NCBI RefSeq assembly: GCF_009914755.1
Contig: NC_060928.1
DNA length: 64,000 bases
Source of the DNA: the human T2T-CHM13v2.0 reference genome, Homo sapiens
Reading direction: 5' to 3' (one strand)
Position numbers and translations under genes: made by a program. Shown here one piece after another: positions 28,206-43,917 of the stretch. Within the stretch, counting starts at the first letter, position 1, and each line of letters opens with the position of its first letter. The notes beneath the pieces were generated by a model. That model saw nothing but the letters and a program-made list of their open reading frames with translations, ran no database searches and had not been told where the DNA came from.

Positions 28206-31200
28206 AGATGATGCTCAACTTATGAACTCACAAGTAGAATACACTGTGCTTTATTTGAATTTGTGGGCAAAAAGATTGCATTAAAAGAAGTCAGGAAACA
28301 GGAAACACAGGGAAATGTTAACTTTCAAAGTGTTCTTGGTTATAATAACTATTACAAACTCATGATTGTGACAGATGAGAAGTTTAGCATGAATAACAAA
28401 ATTAGACAAACATATTTTGGCCATGATATATCCGGTATATTCAGAAAGGAAACACACAAACTATTAAACTTAGTCATGGAGAAATAGGACATAAAGTTGA
28501 CTCACCACTAGCAGTGATTGCTTTAGTGTAAATCTGGAATCCCAGCAATTCAGTCAATATGAACAAATGCTAGAAAGTAAGCTGTTTGTCCAAAAATATT
28601 TTTTATTAACGAAGAGCAAAATACTGCATGCTCTGGAATTCATCCATGCTGAACATATTCTTTAAATAAATAAATCGTGTTGAGGATAGTTGGCCTCTAA
28701 ACTTGTGTTGAAAATGTAGGAGTCTGAATCTGTCTTTATTTAGTACGCATTGCCTCTGCATGTCATGTACACAAAAAAAGTAGAAACCAGGAGTAGGGTA
28801 GAGTTAATCAATGACTGTCATGAAATAAATTCAGTTTGGTCAACACTAACTGAAATATTCTTAAATAGGGGTTAATTGTACTTGATCTACCTCCCTTTAA
28901 TGCCCACAATATTTAGTACCCATACATTCTTAGGAACAATTGTAAGGAATAAAATACATGAAAATGGATTAAATGAAGATGTATTAATTTTATACTTGTT
29001 AGTTTTTCATTTGATCTTCCTCATTGTAAGTTTTTTCCCAGAATTTTTACTTTAGTTTGTAATGTCTACTTAATATCATTAAGAAGATAAAGAAGCTTGC
29101 CTTTCTTTTATATTAAGCAATGGCTGTTAGATTTAATTTGATAATGTTTTATTTCCCTTTAATTTATACTTTGTGTTACCTCCTGTTTCATAATGAATGA
29201 AAATCGCTGTCAATTTAAATTAATAACATAAAAGTTTTCTTCTTTTTTAACTTTTATTTTAAGTTCGGGATACACGTGTAAGTTTGTTACATAGGTAAAC
29301 TTGTGTCACGGGGATTCGTTGTACAGATTATTTTATCACCCAATGATTAACTGTAGTACCCATTTGTTATTTTCCCTGACCCTCTCCCTCCTCCCATCCT
29401 CCACCCTCTAATAGGCCCCAGTGTCTGTTGTTTCCCTCTATGTGTCCATGAGTTCTCGTCACTTAGCTCTCACTTATAAGTGAGAAGATGTGGTATTTGG
29501 TTTTCTGTTCCTGCATTAGTTTGCTAAGGATAATGGCCTCCATCTCCATCCATGTTTCTGCTGAGGACATCATCTTGTTCTTTTTTATGACTACATAGTA
29601 TTATTCCGTGGTGTGTACGTACCACATTTTCTTTGTCCAGTCTACAATTGATGGGCATTTAGGTTGACTCTATGTCTTCACTCTTGTGAATGGCGCTACA
29701 GTGAACATACACGCGTATGTGTCCTTATGATAGAACAATTTATATTTATAATTATGTTTCTTTGGGTATATCACAGTAATGGGATTGCAGGTTCATATGG
29801 TAGTTCTGATTTTAAGTCTCTAAGGAATCGCCACATTGTTTTCCAAAATGGTTGAACTAATTTACACTCCCACCAACAGTATGTAAGTATTCACTTTTCT
29901 CCACAATCTCACCAGCACCTGTTATTTTTTGACTTTTTAATAATGGCCATTCTGACTGGTGTGAGATGGTATCTCATTGTGGCTTTGATTTGCATTTATC
30001 TAATGATCAGTGATCAGTGATGTTGAGCTTTTCTTCTTATGGTTGTTGGCTGCGTGTATGTTTTCTTTTGAAAAGTGTTCATGTCATTTGCCTACTTTCT
30101 AATGTGGTTGTATGGTTTTTTTTCTTGTAAATTTGTTTAAGTTCCTAATACATGCTGGATATTAGACCTTCATCAGATACATAGCTTGCAAAAAATTTTC
30201 TTCCATTCTGTAGGTTGTCTGTTGATCGTATCTTTTGCTGTGTGGAAGCTCTGTAGTTGAATTAGATCCCATTTGTCAATATTTTCTTTTGTAGCAAATG
30301 CTTTTGGCATCTTCATCATGAAATATTTACCTATTTCTATGGTCCAGAATAGTATTGCCTAGGTTCTCTTCCAGTGTTTTTACAGTTTTGGGTTTTACAT
30401 TTAGGTCTTTAATCCATCTTGAGTTGATTTTTGTATATGGTGTAAGAACAGTGTCAAGTTTTAATCTTCTGCATATGGCTAGCCAGTTACCCTAGCACCA
30501 TTTATTGAACAGGGACCCTGTTCTCCATTGCTTGTTTGTGTTAGCTTTGTTAAATATCAGATAGTTGTGCAGTAGGTGTGCAGCCTTATTTCTGGGCTCT
30601 CTGTTTTGCTCCATATGTCTACATTTCTGTGTCTGTTTTTGTACAAGTACCATGCTGTTTTGGTTACTATAGCCCTGCAGTTGGCTAGCATGGTGCCTCC
30701 AGTTTTGTACTTTTTGCTTAGGGTTACCTTGCTCTTTTTTGATTCCATATGAACTTTAAATTTTTTTTCTATTTCTGTGAAGAATCTCATTGACAGTTTG
30801 ATAGGAATAACATTGGATCCATAAATTGCTTTGGGCAGTTTTGTCATTTTAACAATATTGATTCTTCCTATCCATAGGCATATTTTTCCATTTGTTTGTG
30901 TCATCTCTGATTTCTTTGAGCAGTGTTTTATAGGTATCCTAGGAGAAATCTTTCATTTTCTTGGTTAGCTGTATTCTTAGGTATTTTATTTATTTATTTT
31001 TGTGTGGCAATTGTGAATGGAATTGCATTTTTGATTTGGCTGTCTACCTGACTGTTGTTGGTGTATAGGAATGCTGGTAATTTTTGTACGTTGATTTTGT
31101 ATCCTGAGACTTTGCTGAGTTGTCTGTCTATCAGCTTTAGGAGCTTTTGAGATGACATTATGGGGTTTACTAAATATAGGATCATGTCTGCAAACAGGTA

Positions 31201-33517
31201 TAGTTTGAGTTCCTTTCTTGATATTTGGATGCCCTTTATTTGTTTATGTTGCCTGATTGCTCTGGCCGGGACTTCCAATGCTATGTTGAATAGGAGTGGT
31301 GAGAGGGGGCATCCTGTCTTGTGCCAATTTTCAAGGGGAATGTTTGGAGATGTTGCCCAGTCAGTATGTTGGCTATGGGTTTGTCATAGATGGCTCTTAA
31401 TATTTGAGATATGTTCTTTCAAAACATAGTTAATTGAAAGTTTATAACATGAAGGGGTGTTGAATTTTATCGAAAACCTTCTCTGCACCTACTGAGATAA
31501 TCATAATATGGTTTTTGTCTTTAGTCTTGTTTATGTAATGAATCACATTTATTGATTTTCATGTAATGAACAAAACTTTCATTCCAGAGATAAAGCATAT
31601 TTAATAGTGGTGGGTAAATCTTTTGATGTGCTGCTGAATTTGGTTTGCCAGTATTTTGTTGTGGATTTTTGCATCAATGTTCATCAAAGATATTGGCCAG
31701 AAGTTTCCTTTTTTTTGTTGTGTCTCTGCCAGGTTTTGGTATCAAGATGATAGTAGCCTCATAGAACCAGTTACTCCTGAATTGTTTCAGTAGAAATGAT
31801 ACCAGCTCTTCTTTGTATATCTGATAGAATTTGGCTGTGTATCTCTCTGGTCCTGGGCTTTGTTGTTGTTGTTAGGCTATTTATTACTGATTCAATTTTG
31901 GTGCTTATTATTGGTCAGTTCAGGGATTCACTTTCTTCCTAGTTCAGTCTTGGGAAAGTGTATGTGTCTGCAAGTTTATCCATTTGTTTTCCCAGAGTTT
32001 CTAGTTTGTGTGCACAGAGGTGTTCATAATATTATCTGGTGGTTATGTATATTTCTGCAGGGTCAGTGGTAATATTCCCTTTGTTGTTTCTAATTGTGTT
32101 TATTTCAGTCTTCTCTCTTTTCTTCCTTATTAGTCTAGCTGTCCGTCTATTTATTTTAGTAATTAGAAAAAAACAATTCCTGGATTTGTCAATCTTTTGA
32201 ATGATCTTTTTTGTCTTAATTTCTTTCCGTTCAGCTCTGCTTTTGGCTATTTCTTATCTCCTTCTAGCTTTGGGGTTGGTTTCCCCCTTGGTTTTCTACA
32301 TCTTTTAGTTGTGATGTTAGGTTGTTGTTTTGAAATCTTTCTCACTTTCTGATGTGGGCCTTTAGTGCCATACATTTCTCTCTTAACATTGCCTTCCCTG
32401 TGTCCCAGAGATTATGTTATGTTGTATCTTTGTTCTCATTGTTTTAAAGAACTTATGGATTTCTGCTTTAATTTCATTATTTACCCAAAAGTCTCTCAGG
32501 CACAGGTTATTCGATTTCTCTGTAATTGCATAGTTTTGAATGATTTTCTTAGTTTTGGTCACTAATTTTATTGTGCTGTGGTCCAAGAGAGTGGTTGTTA
32601 TGATTTCAGTTATTTTGCATTTGCTGAGAAGTGTTTTGTGTCTGATTATGTAGTTGATTTCAGAGTGTGTACCATGTGGTGATGAGAAGAACGTATACAC
32701 TTTTGTTTATCGGTGGAGATTTCTGTAGATGTCTATCAGGGCTATTTGTTTCAATGCTGAATTTAGGGCCTGCATATCCTTGTTAATATTCCTCCTCAAT
32801 GTTCTGTCTAATACTGTCAGTGCGTAGTTGAAGTCTCCCAATATTATTGTTTGGGAGTCTAAGTCTCTTTGAAGGTCTCTAAGAGCTTGCTTCATTAATC
32901 TGAGTGCTTCTGTGTTAGGCGCATATCTATTTAGAATAATTAGGTCTACTTGTTGAATTCAACCCTTTAACATGATGTAGTGTCACCCTTTATCTTTTTC
33001 AGTTTTTGTTGACTTAAAGTCTGTTTTGTCTGAAATTAGGATTGCAATCCCTGCTCTTTTCTGTTTGCTGTTTGCTTGGTAGATTTTTTCCATCCCTTTA
33101 TTTTGAGCCTAGGGCTGTCATTGCATGTGAGATCGGTCTCTTAAAGACAGCTTATCGGTGGGTCTTGGATCTTTATCCAGCCTGCCACTCTGTACCTTTT
33201 CATGGGGGGCATTTAGCCCATTTACATTCAAGGTGAGTATTGGTATGAGTGGATTTGATCCTGTCATCATGCTGTTAAATGGTTATTATGCTGACTTGTT
33301 TTGTGTGGTTGCTTTATAGTGAACTTAAATGTGTTTCTTTGATGGCTGGTAATGGTCCTTCCTTTTCATTTAGTGCTTGCTTCAGGAGCTCTTGTAAGGC
33401 AGGTCTGGTGGTAATGGATTCCCTCATATTTGCCTGTCTGAAAAGCATCTTATTTCTCCTTCGCTTATGAAGGTTTGGCTGGATATGAATTCTGTGTTAC
33501 AATTTCTTTTTCTTTAA

Positions 33518-33928
<411 letters not shown>

Positions 33929-35053
33929 CATAGATTTTGTCTCTTTACATAATCCCATATTTCTTGGACGTTTTGTTCATTTTTTATTGTTTTTCTCTAT
34001 TCTTGTCTGTCTCGTTACAGAAAGCCAGTCTCCAAACTCTTAGATTCTTCTCTCAGCTTGCTCTAGTCTGTTATTAATACTTGTGATGGCATTAATAAAT
34101 TCTTTTAGTGTGTTTTTCAGCTCTATCAGGTCAGTTACATTTTTCTTCTATACTGGCTATTTTATCTGTCAGCTTCTGTATTGTTTTATTGTGATTCTTA
34201 GCTTCCTTGGACTGGATTTCAGTGTACTTCTGAATCTCAATGATCTTCATTCCTATCCATATTCTGAATTCTATTTCAGTCTTTTGAGCCATCTCAGCCC
34301 AGTTCAGAACCCTTTCTGGAGAGGTACTGTGGTTGTTTGGAAGAAAGAAGGCACTCTGGCTTTTGAAGTTGTCAGAGTTCTTGTACTGCTTCTTTCTCAT
34401 TTGTGTGGGCTAATGTTTCTTAATTTTTGTAGTTGCTGACCTTTGGATGGGTTTCTTTTCTTTTTTCCTGTTTGATGACCTTGGGGGTTTGATTGTGGTG
34501 TAAGGTGGTCATCAGTCAGCTGGCTTCACTTCTGGAAGATTTCAGGGAGCCAATATTCAGCTCCCAACTCCTGGACTGCATGCTCTAACTCTGTGGGACT
34601 TGAATTGGGCCCCAACTTTGTTCTCTCACTCTTCACGGTTTAGGAATCCACTACTTTAAGAGAGCCAAGGTGCTCCCAGACCACTGGTCACTACACTATG
34701 ATGGGTGGGGCCAGCCAGAGCATTTCACAGTGTGGTGGTAGAGGAATCCAACCTCATTTGCACATGCCAGCTGAAGTGGCAGTGGTAGTGCTGCATGATA
34801 GTGGATGCTGGGGTGCCTGCCTCAAATGCAGGTGTTCACAACGTGGCAGGTGCAGCACAGCTCAGGGAGCTGGGAGGCCCCAGTGCACAATTGCATTGGT
34901 GCTGGTGGTAGCATGGGGTCAAGGCATGGGTGTGTGCAGGTCTGTGTGTGCTCTCTGTGCACCACAGGCAGGGGTGGTTGTTCAGAACAGAGGATGGTCT
35001 GCTGTTCTCTGTGCCTAGTTTCACTCCCACTGCAGGTTGGGGCTGTCTGGCTC

Positions 35054-35413
35054 TGTATTAGTGCCTTATCACACTGCTATAAACGACTGCTTGAGACTTG
35101 GTAATTTATAAAGAAAGGATGTTTAATTGACTCACTTTTCCACATGTCTGGGGAGGCCTCAAGAAACTTACAATAATGGAGGAAGGTGAAGGGGAAGCAA
35201 GGCATATCTCACATGGCAGCAGGAGAGACAGAGTGCAGGGGAAACTGCCACTTCTAAACTAGCAGATCTCCTGAGAACTCCCTCACTATCAGGAGAACAG
35301 AATGGGGGAAACCATCCCCATGATCCAGTCACCTCCCACCAGATCCCACCTCCACACATGATATTACAATTCAAGATAATATTTGGGTGGGAACACAGAG
35401 CCAAACAATATCA
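35054..35413 (-). mobile_element. THE1D/MSTA-type solo LTR inside the L1 5'UTR
   Basis: TGTATTAG...AATATCA with perfect 5-bp TSD GGCTC. Confidence 0.92.
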
Positions 35414-38382
35414 GGCTCTGTGCCTACCAAGGCTCTGACTGCTACATTGGTACAGTAGGAGGTGGGATGCACTCATTCTACAGTAGTGACATGGCCGGAT
35501 ACACACACAAATGCATGCTGATGGAAAAGGGAAGGCAAAACCCACCCATGTGTACATACATCAGCAAAGCAATGGTGGTGGAGGGCAGAAGTTGTGGGCC
35601 CAGGAAAAACTGCAGTGTAGGAAGGTAGCAGGTATGCTGGTGCATGGCTAATGGGGTTGTCTTGTTAGTGTTCTCCACCTGCCAGTCAGACAAGGTCCAC
35701 CAGCACAGGAGCTATGATGCAGGACTTGAGTGCACCCTAGGCTGCCCTGCAAGCAGGCACAGCCAGACTGGAGCCCTGTGAGAGGCCAGCAAACTAAGGG
35801 GAGCTCAGGTCAGACTAGCCCCATCTGTTGGCAAGACTGCCCTGCAAAGCTCAGATTCAATAGTTCCCATAGGACTTAAGTCTCCTATGGGAGCATGTGA
35901 ACCAAGAGGGATGGGCATCTCTGGTCAGCCTCCAATAGAAACGCCCCTGAACTAACCCCTCTGGGCTCCACATCAGCTGGCGTGCTGCTCCTACCACTTC
36001 TCTAAGCAGCATTTCTTGCCAGCTCAGTGTCTCAATGTCCATAGTGGTCAAAGGATCTCCTCCTGCTGGGATTCCAGAGGCCTGTGGTGAGAGTATGTTG
36101 CTTCTTGCCAGTTCAACTCACCTGTGCCCCCAGAGTCACTGGGGGCCAGGCATGAGTCCTGGTGTGTGGTAGCCATATGCAGGGATCCCAGCTTCCTGCT
36201 TCTTCAGCCCAGTTCCCATATCTTCCCTCTATCCACTCTGAATACCTTCCCTCTGAAGATTTGTTAGGAGTGCACCATTAGTCCCAGCCCCTTAGTGGCA
36301 GCTTTTCGCCTAGATGCACCTAGCCAGGCCATCTTCTCAACACCTCTCAGAAACTTGTCTTTCTTAAAGTCAAATGGGGAGGGATTATTTTAAAATAAAA
36401 ATTAAACTGGTATTTAGCATATTTCCACTTCCTTTTCAGCGTTATTTATTGATACATATACTTGTCAGAGGTCAAAAGGGAACAATAGGGTACCATATAG
36501 TATTGAAATTAAAACTGACAGAAAAAATGGAATGAAAATACAACCTCAACAGAAAGAAAAAAAGAAAGAAAGAGAAAGGGAGGGAGAGAGGAAAGATGTG
36601 GTGGTAATCCGGGCAGATACTCTTCTTTGGTTACGTGAGTATTTGTTTCTCTGAAAATAAGTAATGGGATGGATTATTTTCTGGATTAAAATTATACTGC
36701 AGCGAATTTAGGATTTTCTTCAATATGTATTTTTTTCCATTGTTTTGATCTGGTGTGTCTCATGGTATGCTAAATGTGGAAATGTTGGATTATAATAGGG
36801 TAACATTGCTTAACTTTTAAAAATACTTTAATATTTCCAAAATATCTGTTTTTAGTTTATTTTACTATACCATAATAAAAATTTTCTGTAATATGAACTT
36901 TCAATAGGCTTTACAGAAGCAAAATGATGGTTTTGAGAAATCTAATGATAGAAGTAGAAAGCTTTCTTTTTCCTTCATTAGTACAGAATTTGTTATATCT
37001 CATGACCTTCCTAGCAGTTGTCCAGCTAATGTTCTCAGAGAACTTCATAGAATTTTAAAAAATTTGTACCAATGAATGTTCAAAGCAAGATATTCAAATT
37101 ATTAAAATATTAGTTTAAAGGTTTGGAGTCAAAAGCAATTGACTGTAATCTTTGCTAGTTTATGAATTCTATCCAAAATTATCAGAGAATTTTGGGTAAA
37201 AAGTACACAGAATAGTGTTGGGTTACAATCACCTCAGTCTTGATAAAGCTTGTATAAATTTAGTGATAAGTAATAGAATCCATATATGGACAGTGGTTTC
37301 CATGTGTTATATAAAATACAGCCTGTGCATGTGCTTGCACTGATGTGTGCATGTCTGGAGACATGTAGTAAATCACAATTATTCCTGTCAATGAATTAAA
37401 CTGTACCTAAACATGTATTTATTTCATACATTCTTATCATATTAAGATATTGATTATCAATTATATACTAAAATTAAATACCTATAAGAATCAAACCAAG
37501 ATACAAAAAAGTTAAACCAGAAAAATATTATTTTTAGTAGTGATTTAAATACCATTTATTAAAAGTTGAAATTGTTAGCACAACGGTTTTAAATTTCAAT
37601 CATTGTAATTAATGTCTGATATAAATTATTTTATAAAATTAATATATTGATTACAACAGTTAAGTGTAATTATTCTATCTATTCAAGATTTTTTATTACT
37701 ACTTTTTAACATCAAGGTGAACTCAATGGAGGATAATTATCATAACAATAATTCAGCATACATTTTCCAGTCTGTTTGGTAATACAGTATGTTCTCCACA
37801 GAGTCCCCACCTGTACGTTAATCAGTCACTCATGAACCTACCTCCCTGTCCAGTGAGCCCTTCTAGAAGTAATTTAAAGAATAATATTTTGGTTTTTTTT
37901 TTGCAAAAGGAATTGGCAGAGGAGAGGTCCTTATGCTGATTTCTCTTTGGGTTTTAATAAAGACATTGCATAAATTAAGAAAAAATAAAGAAGCAAGAGG
38001 AAAAGTTTAACACATAATCCTGGATACCAAACATTTACACACAAAATAAAAATCAAACATTTATATTAGTAAAGACTCAGAAATCATGTATCTTCCTGAG
38101 CAGTAAGCCTCAAGGCTAAGCTAGATACCTTTATTACACACCTTTTCCCACAAACTTCAATGCACCACTAAGACCATCACATCCAATTAACACTGCACTG
38201 AGCACCCTGTTATCACATTCAGTGATCCATTAAATGAGAAATAGGAAAGCAAACATTATTATGCTGGCCTTTTTGCTACAGGTGATATCTACTCAAAGTT
38301 ACATCGGAGTTGGTAGACAGTCTAGCACATTACTTCAAAATCACTCTTCTATGTCTTATACTTCTGTCCCAATTGTATATCT

Positions 38383-38720
<338 letters not shown>

Positions 38721-38939
38721 TCAATTGTATTTCTAATAAAGAAAATCAGATTGTACCAGCTTTGTTTTAGAGGCAGTGTAAGTTAATACGTACTCATATT
38801 AAACAAATGGAATCCTAGATAGGATTGTTTTTTTACCTTAGGAGGATATAACTATCCAAAAATTTGGTGAATAAAATGAGTATTAGTCCCATGAAAATGT
38901 TAGTGTTTAAATATTTGTTTGCTTCTTCTCGATTTTCCT

Positions 38940-41310
38940 TTTTTAAATTTACTATTAATGTTATTTTTGATTGACAAGTCATAATTGTATGCTTTCACAG
39001 GACACAATGTAATGGTAGGTTATTTGTATACAATGTGGTGTGATTAAATCAAGCTAATTAACATATCCATCAGCTTACTTACCTATAATTTTTTATGGTG
39101 AGACATTTGAAATCAGAATCTTATAGTTATTTTAAAATATACAATACATTATTATTGACTATATTCACCCTGCTGTGCACTAGACCTGAAAACCTATTTC
39201 TTCCATCTATGGGAAACCTCATACCTTCTGATCAACAACTCTCTATTCATTTCCTCCCTATATCCCCAGTCTCTGGTAACAATTGGTAACAATCATTCTA
39301 CTCTTTACTACTGTCAGTTCAACTTTATTAGATACCACTTATTAGTGAGATTTTGTAACATTTGTCTTTCTGTGTCTGGTTTATTTCATTTAGCATAATG
39401 TCCTGAAGATGTTATTCATGTTGTCACAAATGACAGGATTTCCCTCTTTTTTAAAGGCTGAATAGTATTCCATTGTGTATGTATACCACCTCTCCTTTAT
39501 CCATTCTCCTTTATCCATCTCTTGACAGACATTTAGGTTGTTTCCAACTCTTGGCTATGGTGAGTAGTGCAGCAATAAACAAAGGAATGCAGATATGATT
39601 TCCATACATTGATTGCAGTTTCTTTGGAAACATACACAGGAGTGGGATTACTAAATGGTATGGTAGTTCTATTTTTAATTTTTGAGGAAACACCATATTG
39701 TTTTTCCTAATGGCTGTACTAAGTTACATGGCTACCAACAATATATAAAGGAGTTTCCTTTTCTCCTCATCCTCTCCAACACATGTTATTTTTGATCTTT
39801 TAGATAAAAACCATTCTTATAGGTGTAAAGTGATATATATCCCTTTGTAATTTTAATTTTATTTTCCTGTCGATTACTGATGCTAAGCATTTTTCATGTA
39901 TCTTTTGGGTATATGTATGTCTCCTTTTGACAAATAACTGTTCAGGTCCCTGGCCAATTTTAAAATCAAGTTATTTGCTGTATTTTTTTTTTGCTATAGA
40001 ATTACATTTTTTGTATATTTTGGATAATAACCTATTTTCAAATAAATGGTTTGCAAATATTTTCTCTCATTTTGTGGGTTATCTCTTCACTTTGTTTTCT
40101 TTGTGTGCCAAAGCATTTTAGCTTAATGTGATCCTATCTGTTTTTGCTTTTGTTGCTGTCCTTTTGGGGTCATATCCAAAATATCATTATTCAAACCAAT
40201 ATTGTAGAGCATTTCCCCTGTTTTCTTCTAGTATTTTACAGCATCAGGTCTTCAGTTTAAGTATCCAATCTTTTTTAAGTTGATTTTTGTATAAGATATA
40301 AAGTTCCATTTTCATTCTTCTTTATGTGGATACCCAGTTTTTCCAGCACTGTTTATTGAAAATATTATCCTTTTCCCAGTGTGTGTTCTCAGCGTCTTTG
40401 TCAATAATCAATTGACTACAAATTTTTGGGTTTATTTCTGCCTTTTCTATCTTGTTCCATTGCTCAGTCTGTCTTTTTTTTTTTTTTTTTAATACCAGCA
40501 TCATGCTGTTTGGAATACAATTGCTTTGGAATAAATTCTGAAATCAGGGAGGTGCATCCAGCTATGTTCTTTTTGCTCAACTTTGTCCATTCAGGGTCTT
40601 TTGTGATTCTATAAGAATGTAAAGATTTTTTTTTTAATTTCTGTAAGAAATGAATTTGAAATTTTGGTAGAAATTATATTGAAACTATAGATTGCTTTGG
40701 GTGGTATGGGTATTTTAACAATATAACTCTTTCAATCCATTAACACGGGATATCTTTCCATTTATTTTACTTTCTCCAATTATTTTAATCAGTATTTTAT
40801 AGTTTTCAATATGCATGCATTTTATATCCTTGGTTAAATTTACAGCTAAGTATTTAACTTTTTTGATGCTATTGTAAATGAGATTGTTTTCTTAATTTTC
40901 TTTTTAGCTAGTTAACTATGGTCACATAGAAATTTTTGTACGTTGTTTTTGTATACAGCAACTTTACTGAATTTGTTGATCAGTTCTGTTTTTATTCATG
41001 GAGACTTTTGGGGTTTTTATGTATAAAATCATGTTTTCTACATATAGGAACTATTTTATTTCTTATTTTCTCATTGAGATGCATTTTATTTTCTTCTCTT
41101 GCCTAACTGCTCTGGCTAGGACTTTCAGGACCATGTTGAAAAGAAGGAGTGAGAGTGGGTATTCTTACCTTGTCCCTGATCTTAGAGGAAAAGCTTTCTT
41201 TTATAACATAGGAGTTTATCGCTATAAATTTCCTTCTTAGGGTTGCTTTTGCTGCATCCTATATGTTTTGGTAAGTTGTGTTTCCATTTACATTTGTTTC
41301 AAGGGTTTTT
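38940..41310 (-). mobile_element. L1MA (MA6-8-like) 3' portion with internal deletion
   Basis: 3'UTR 'gattaaatcaagctaattaacatatccatc'; ORF2 remnants KLKIELPY and QWNKIEKAEINP. Confidence 0.88.
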
Positions 41311-42381
41311 TTTTTTCCTTTTTTTTCTGTGATTCTCTCAAATGATGGCAAATACTTCTTACTTTCATCATAATAGAAATAATAACTCTAATTAACTATT
41401 TTGTGTTTATTTATTAGTCAGTTTCTTTGTGATTTATTAGGTTGTATTCCTCTTTGTCTTGATTTCAAAACTCAGTTCACGTATTTTACCCTTTTTATAT
41501 TACTACAGTTGTTGAAACGTGATTTTTTTTCTGAACTTGAGTCACAACTGAACATTTACATATTATTTTTATTAGGCTTACTTGTTATTCTCTAGAACCT
41601 CAGAAATGGAAAATAGTGACAACTAGAAGAGCTACCTAGGAATCAGGGAGGAGACTACATGTTGAGAAAAACAGCTTTTCCGCTTTCTTTCATTGCTTAA
41701 TTCTAGAATGCTACGTAAGAGAAAAATAGATATCTTTGGTTTAAGCTTCTGTACTTAGAAGTCCCTTCATTACCCAAGGTCACGCAAGTCTTGCTATATT
41801 AGTTTATTTATTCAAATGCCTGTCTCTAGTCTCAGTATATCAAAGCACTGAGATATAAAGCTGATTTAATATTCATTCTTTATCTTTTAACATAACATAT
41901 TATATAAAAAGTTATCATAGATAATTTATTTTGGCTGAACATATATTCATATTATTTTGTAGAGATGAAATAAATCTATGAGTGCGTGCGTAGTTAATTA
42001 GTCTTTAGGTATCGACATAGATATTTATATATACAGAGGTATAGAAATATAGATTTCATATTAAAAGACAAAGTAGATATTTTGAGGGCTGGTTGAATTA
42101 TTTTTGAAAATAGAAAAACAAACTGTTATCAGCAGTAATATTAAAAATAATTATTTCAGTAAACTATAGTATTATAAAATTAAAACAAATGCAGTTTAAC
42201 AAATGTAAATGAAAGCTGATACACTCAACACAACGAATAAATGTACAATTAAAGTTAAATAGAAATTTACATTGTAAGGATAAATAAATTAATATACCAC
42301 ATAGAAATAATAGATATTTTTGTAAATCACGAATTAGTAATTCTAGTAACAATTCAGATGACTTTTAAAATTAGAATACAT

Positions 42382-42643
42382 GGCTGCGTGTGGCGGCTCA
42401 CGCCTATAATCCCAGAACTTTGGGAGGCCACGGGGTGGGGATGGATACTTGAAGTCAGGATTTCAAGACCTGGCCAACATGGTGAAACCCTGTCTCTACT
42501 AAAAATACAAAAATTAGCTGGGCATGGTGACAGGTGCCTGTAATTCCAGCTACTTGGGAGTCTGAAGCATGAGAATTGCTTGAACCCAGGGGGCAGAGGC
42601 TGCAGTGAGCTGAGTAGCACTCCAGCCAGTGAGACTCCATTCT
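42382..42643 (+). mobile_element. AluS with internal deletions
   Basis: ggctgcgtgtggcggctcacgcct...gagactccat; no A tail. Confidence 0.88.
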
Positions 42644-42645
42644 AT

Positions 42646-42649
<4 letters not shown>

Positions 42650-42718
<69 letters not shown>

Positions 42719-42782
42719 CATATATGTATGTGTGTGTATATATATATATACACACACATATATGTATGTATATGTATATATA
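42650..42782. repeat. (TA)n(CA)n(TG)n compound microsatellite
   Basis: Directly visible alternating purine-pyrimidine tract. Confidence 0.97.
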
Positions 42783-43917
42783 CCTTTGTCAAAATTTTTG
42801 AGTGGCTCTGTGTATTTGGGGGTATATTGTCCTCTGCATCACCATAGTAAGACATCTCTGTAATTTGCTTAGTAAAATAAACAAAAATAGGATTAAATTA
42901 TAGTAGTTTACATTCTGAAGGTGTGCACTAACTTTGTTTTCCTGCTAGTCAACAGAAGTATATGCTAATCATAATGCACGAATCATTTTACCTCCAAAAA
43001 ATGAAGCTGTGAAAATATTTGAAATTACATCAAAAAAGTTTCATTTGCACTGGATGTTTATCGAGGAATGTGATAGTAGTATGTCTTCTAGGCAATCAAT
43101 CATGGTTGTCTACTATGGTATTAATCACTTCATGGGCCAGGTTGTTTGTCTCCTCATCATCTTTGAGGCTTAGATATTTTTAAATGTTCTGCCAAAATTC
43201 TCTTCATGTAAATGAGCCATATGTTAGGTGTCTACAATGTTGCCAAGGTGTTGTTAAGACTTGTTCAAATAGAAAGTTTTGCTCATTATGCTTATATTTA
43301 CTACTGAGGAAAAACTCAGTGTAAATAAATTCTTTACAGGTCAGTCCAAAGGTTAAAAGTTTGAAAAGTGAAAACGCCATTCATATTTTGTCACTGCAGC
43401 TTATTTCTTATATTTGATTTGTCAGAGCACAGACATACCGAAGAATAATTGTATGGAGATTTCTTTTTCTAGTTCTCAGATTAATGCATACTGTCTTAAT
43501 TGAATTTTATTTCTAGGAAAATCTAATACCTACTCAGTATTCGTCATTAGTCAACTTATTATTTTTATTATTAACAAGTGATTGTTTTCATTCACAACCT
43601 GTTTTTAAATGTTTTATTATTCATTTTACTTTAAATACTGTTATTTTCTTAGAAAATGATTTGTTATCATTATTCAGCTTTGGTAATATTAAACAATATG
43701 GATATTAACATATCTCAAAAAGCAAACTGACTGAAAATCAGCAATTACTCATGTATTCATCATATTTAGAATTGTGGAAATGTAAATGCAAGACTGATAA
43801 CATAAAAAGTCTGGTTCAGTTCATGGTAAATGAAATTAGTACAATTTAGACCTGAATTATAAAAAATTGTGAAACAAAATGAACTCATTAAATATGACTT
43901 CTAAAAAAGTATTACAT

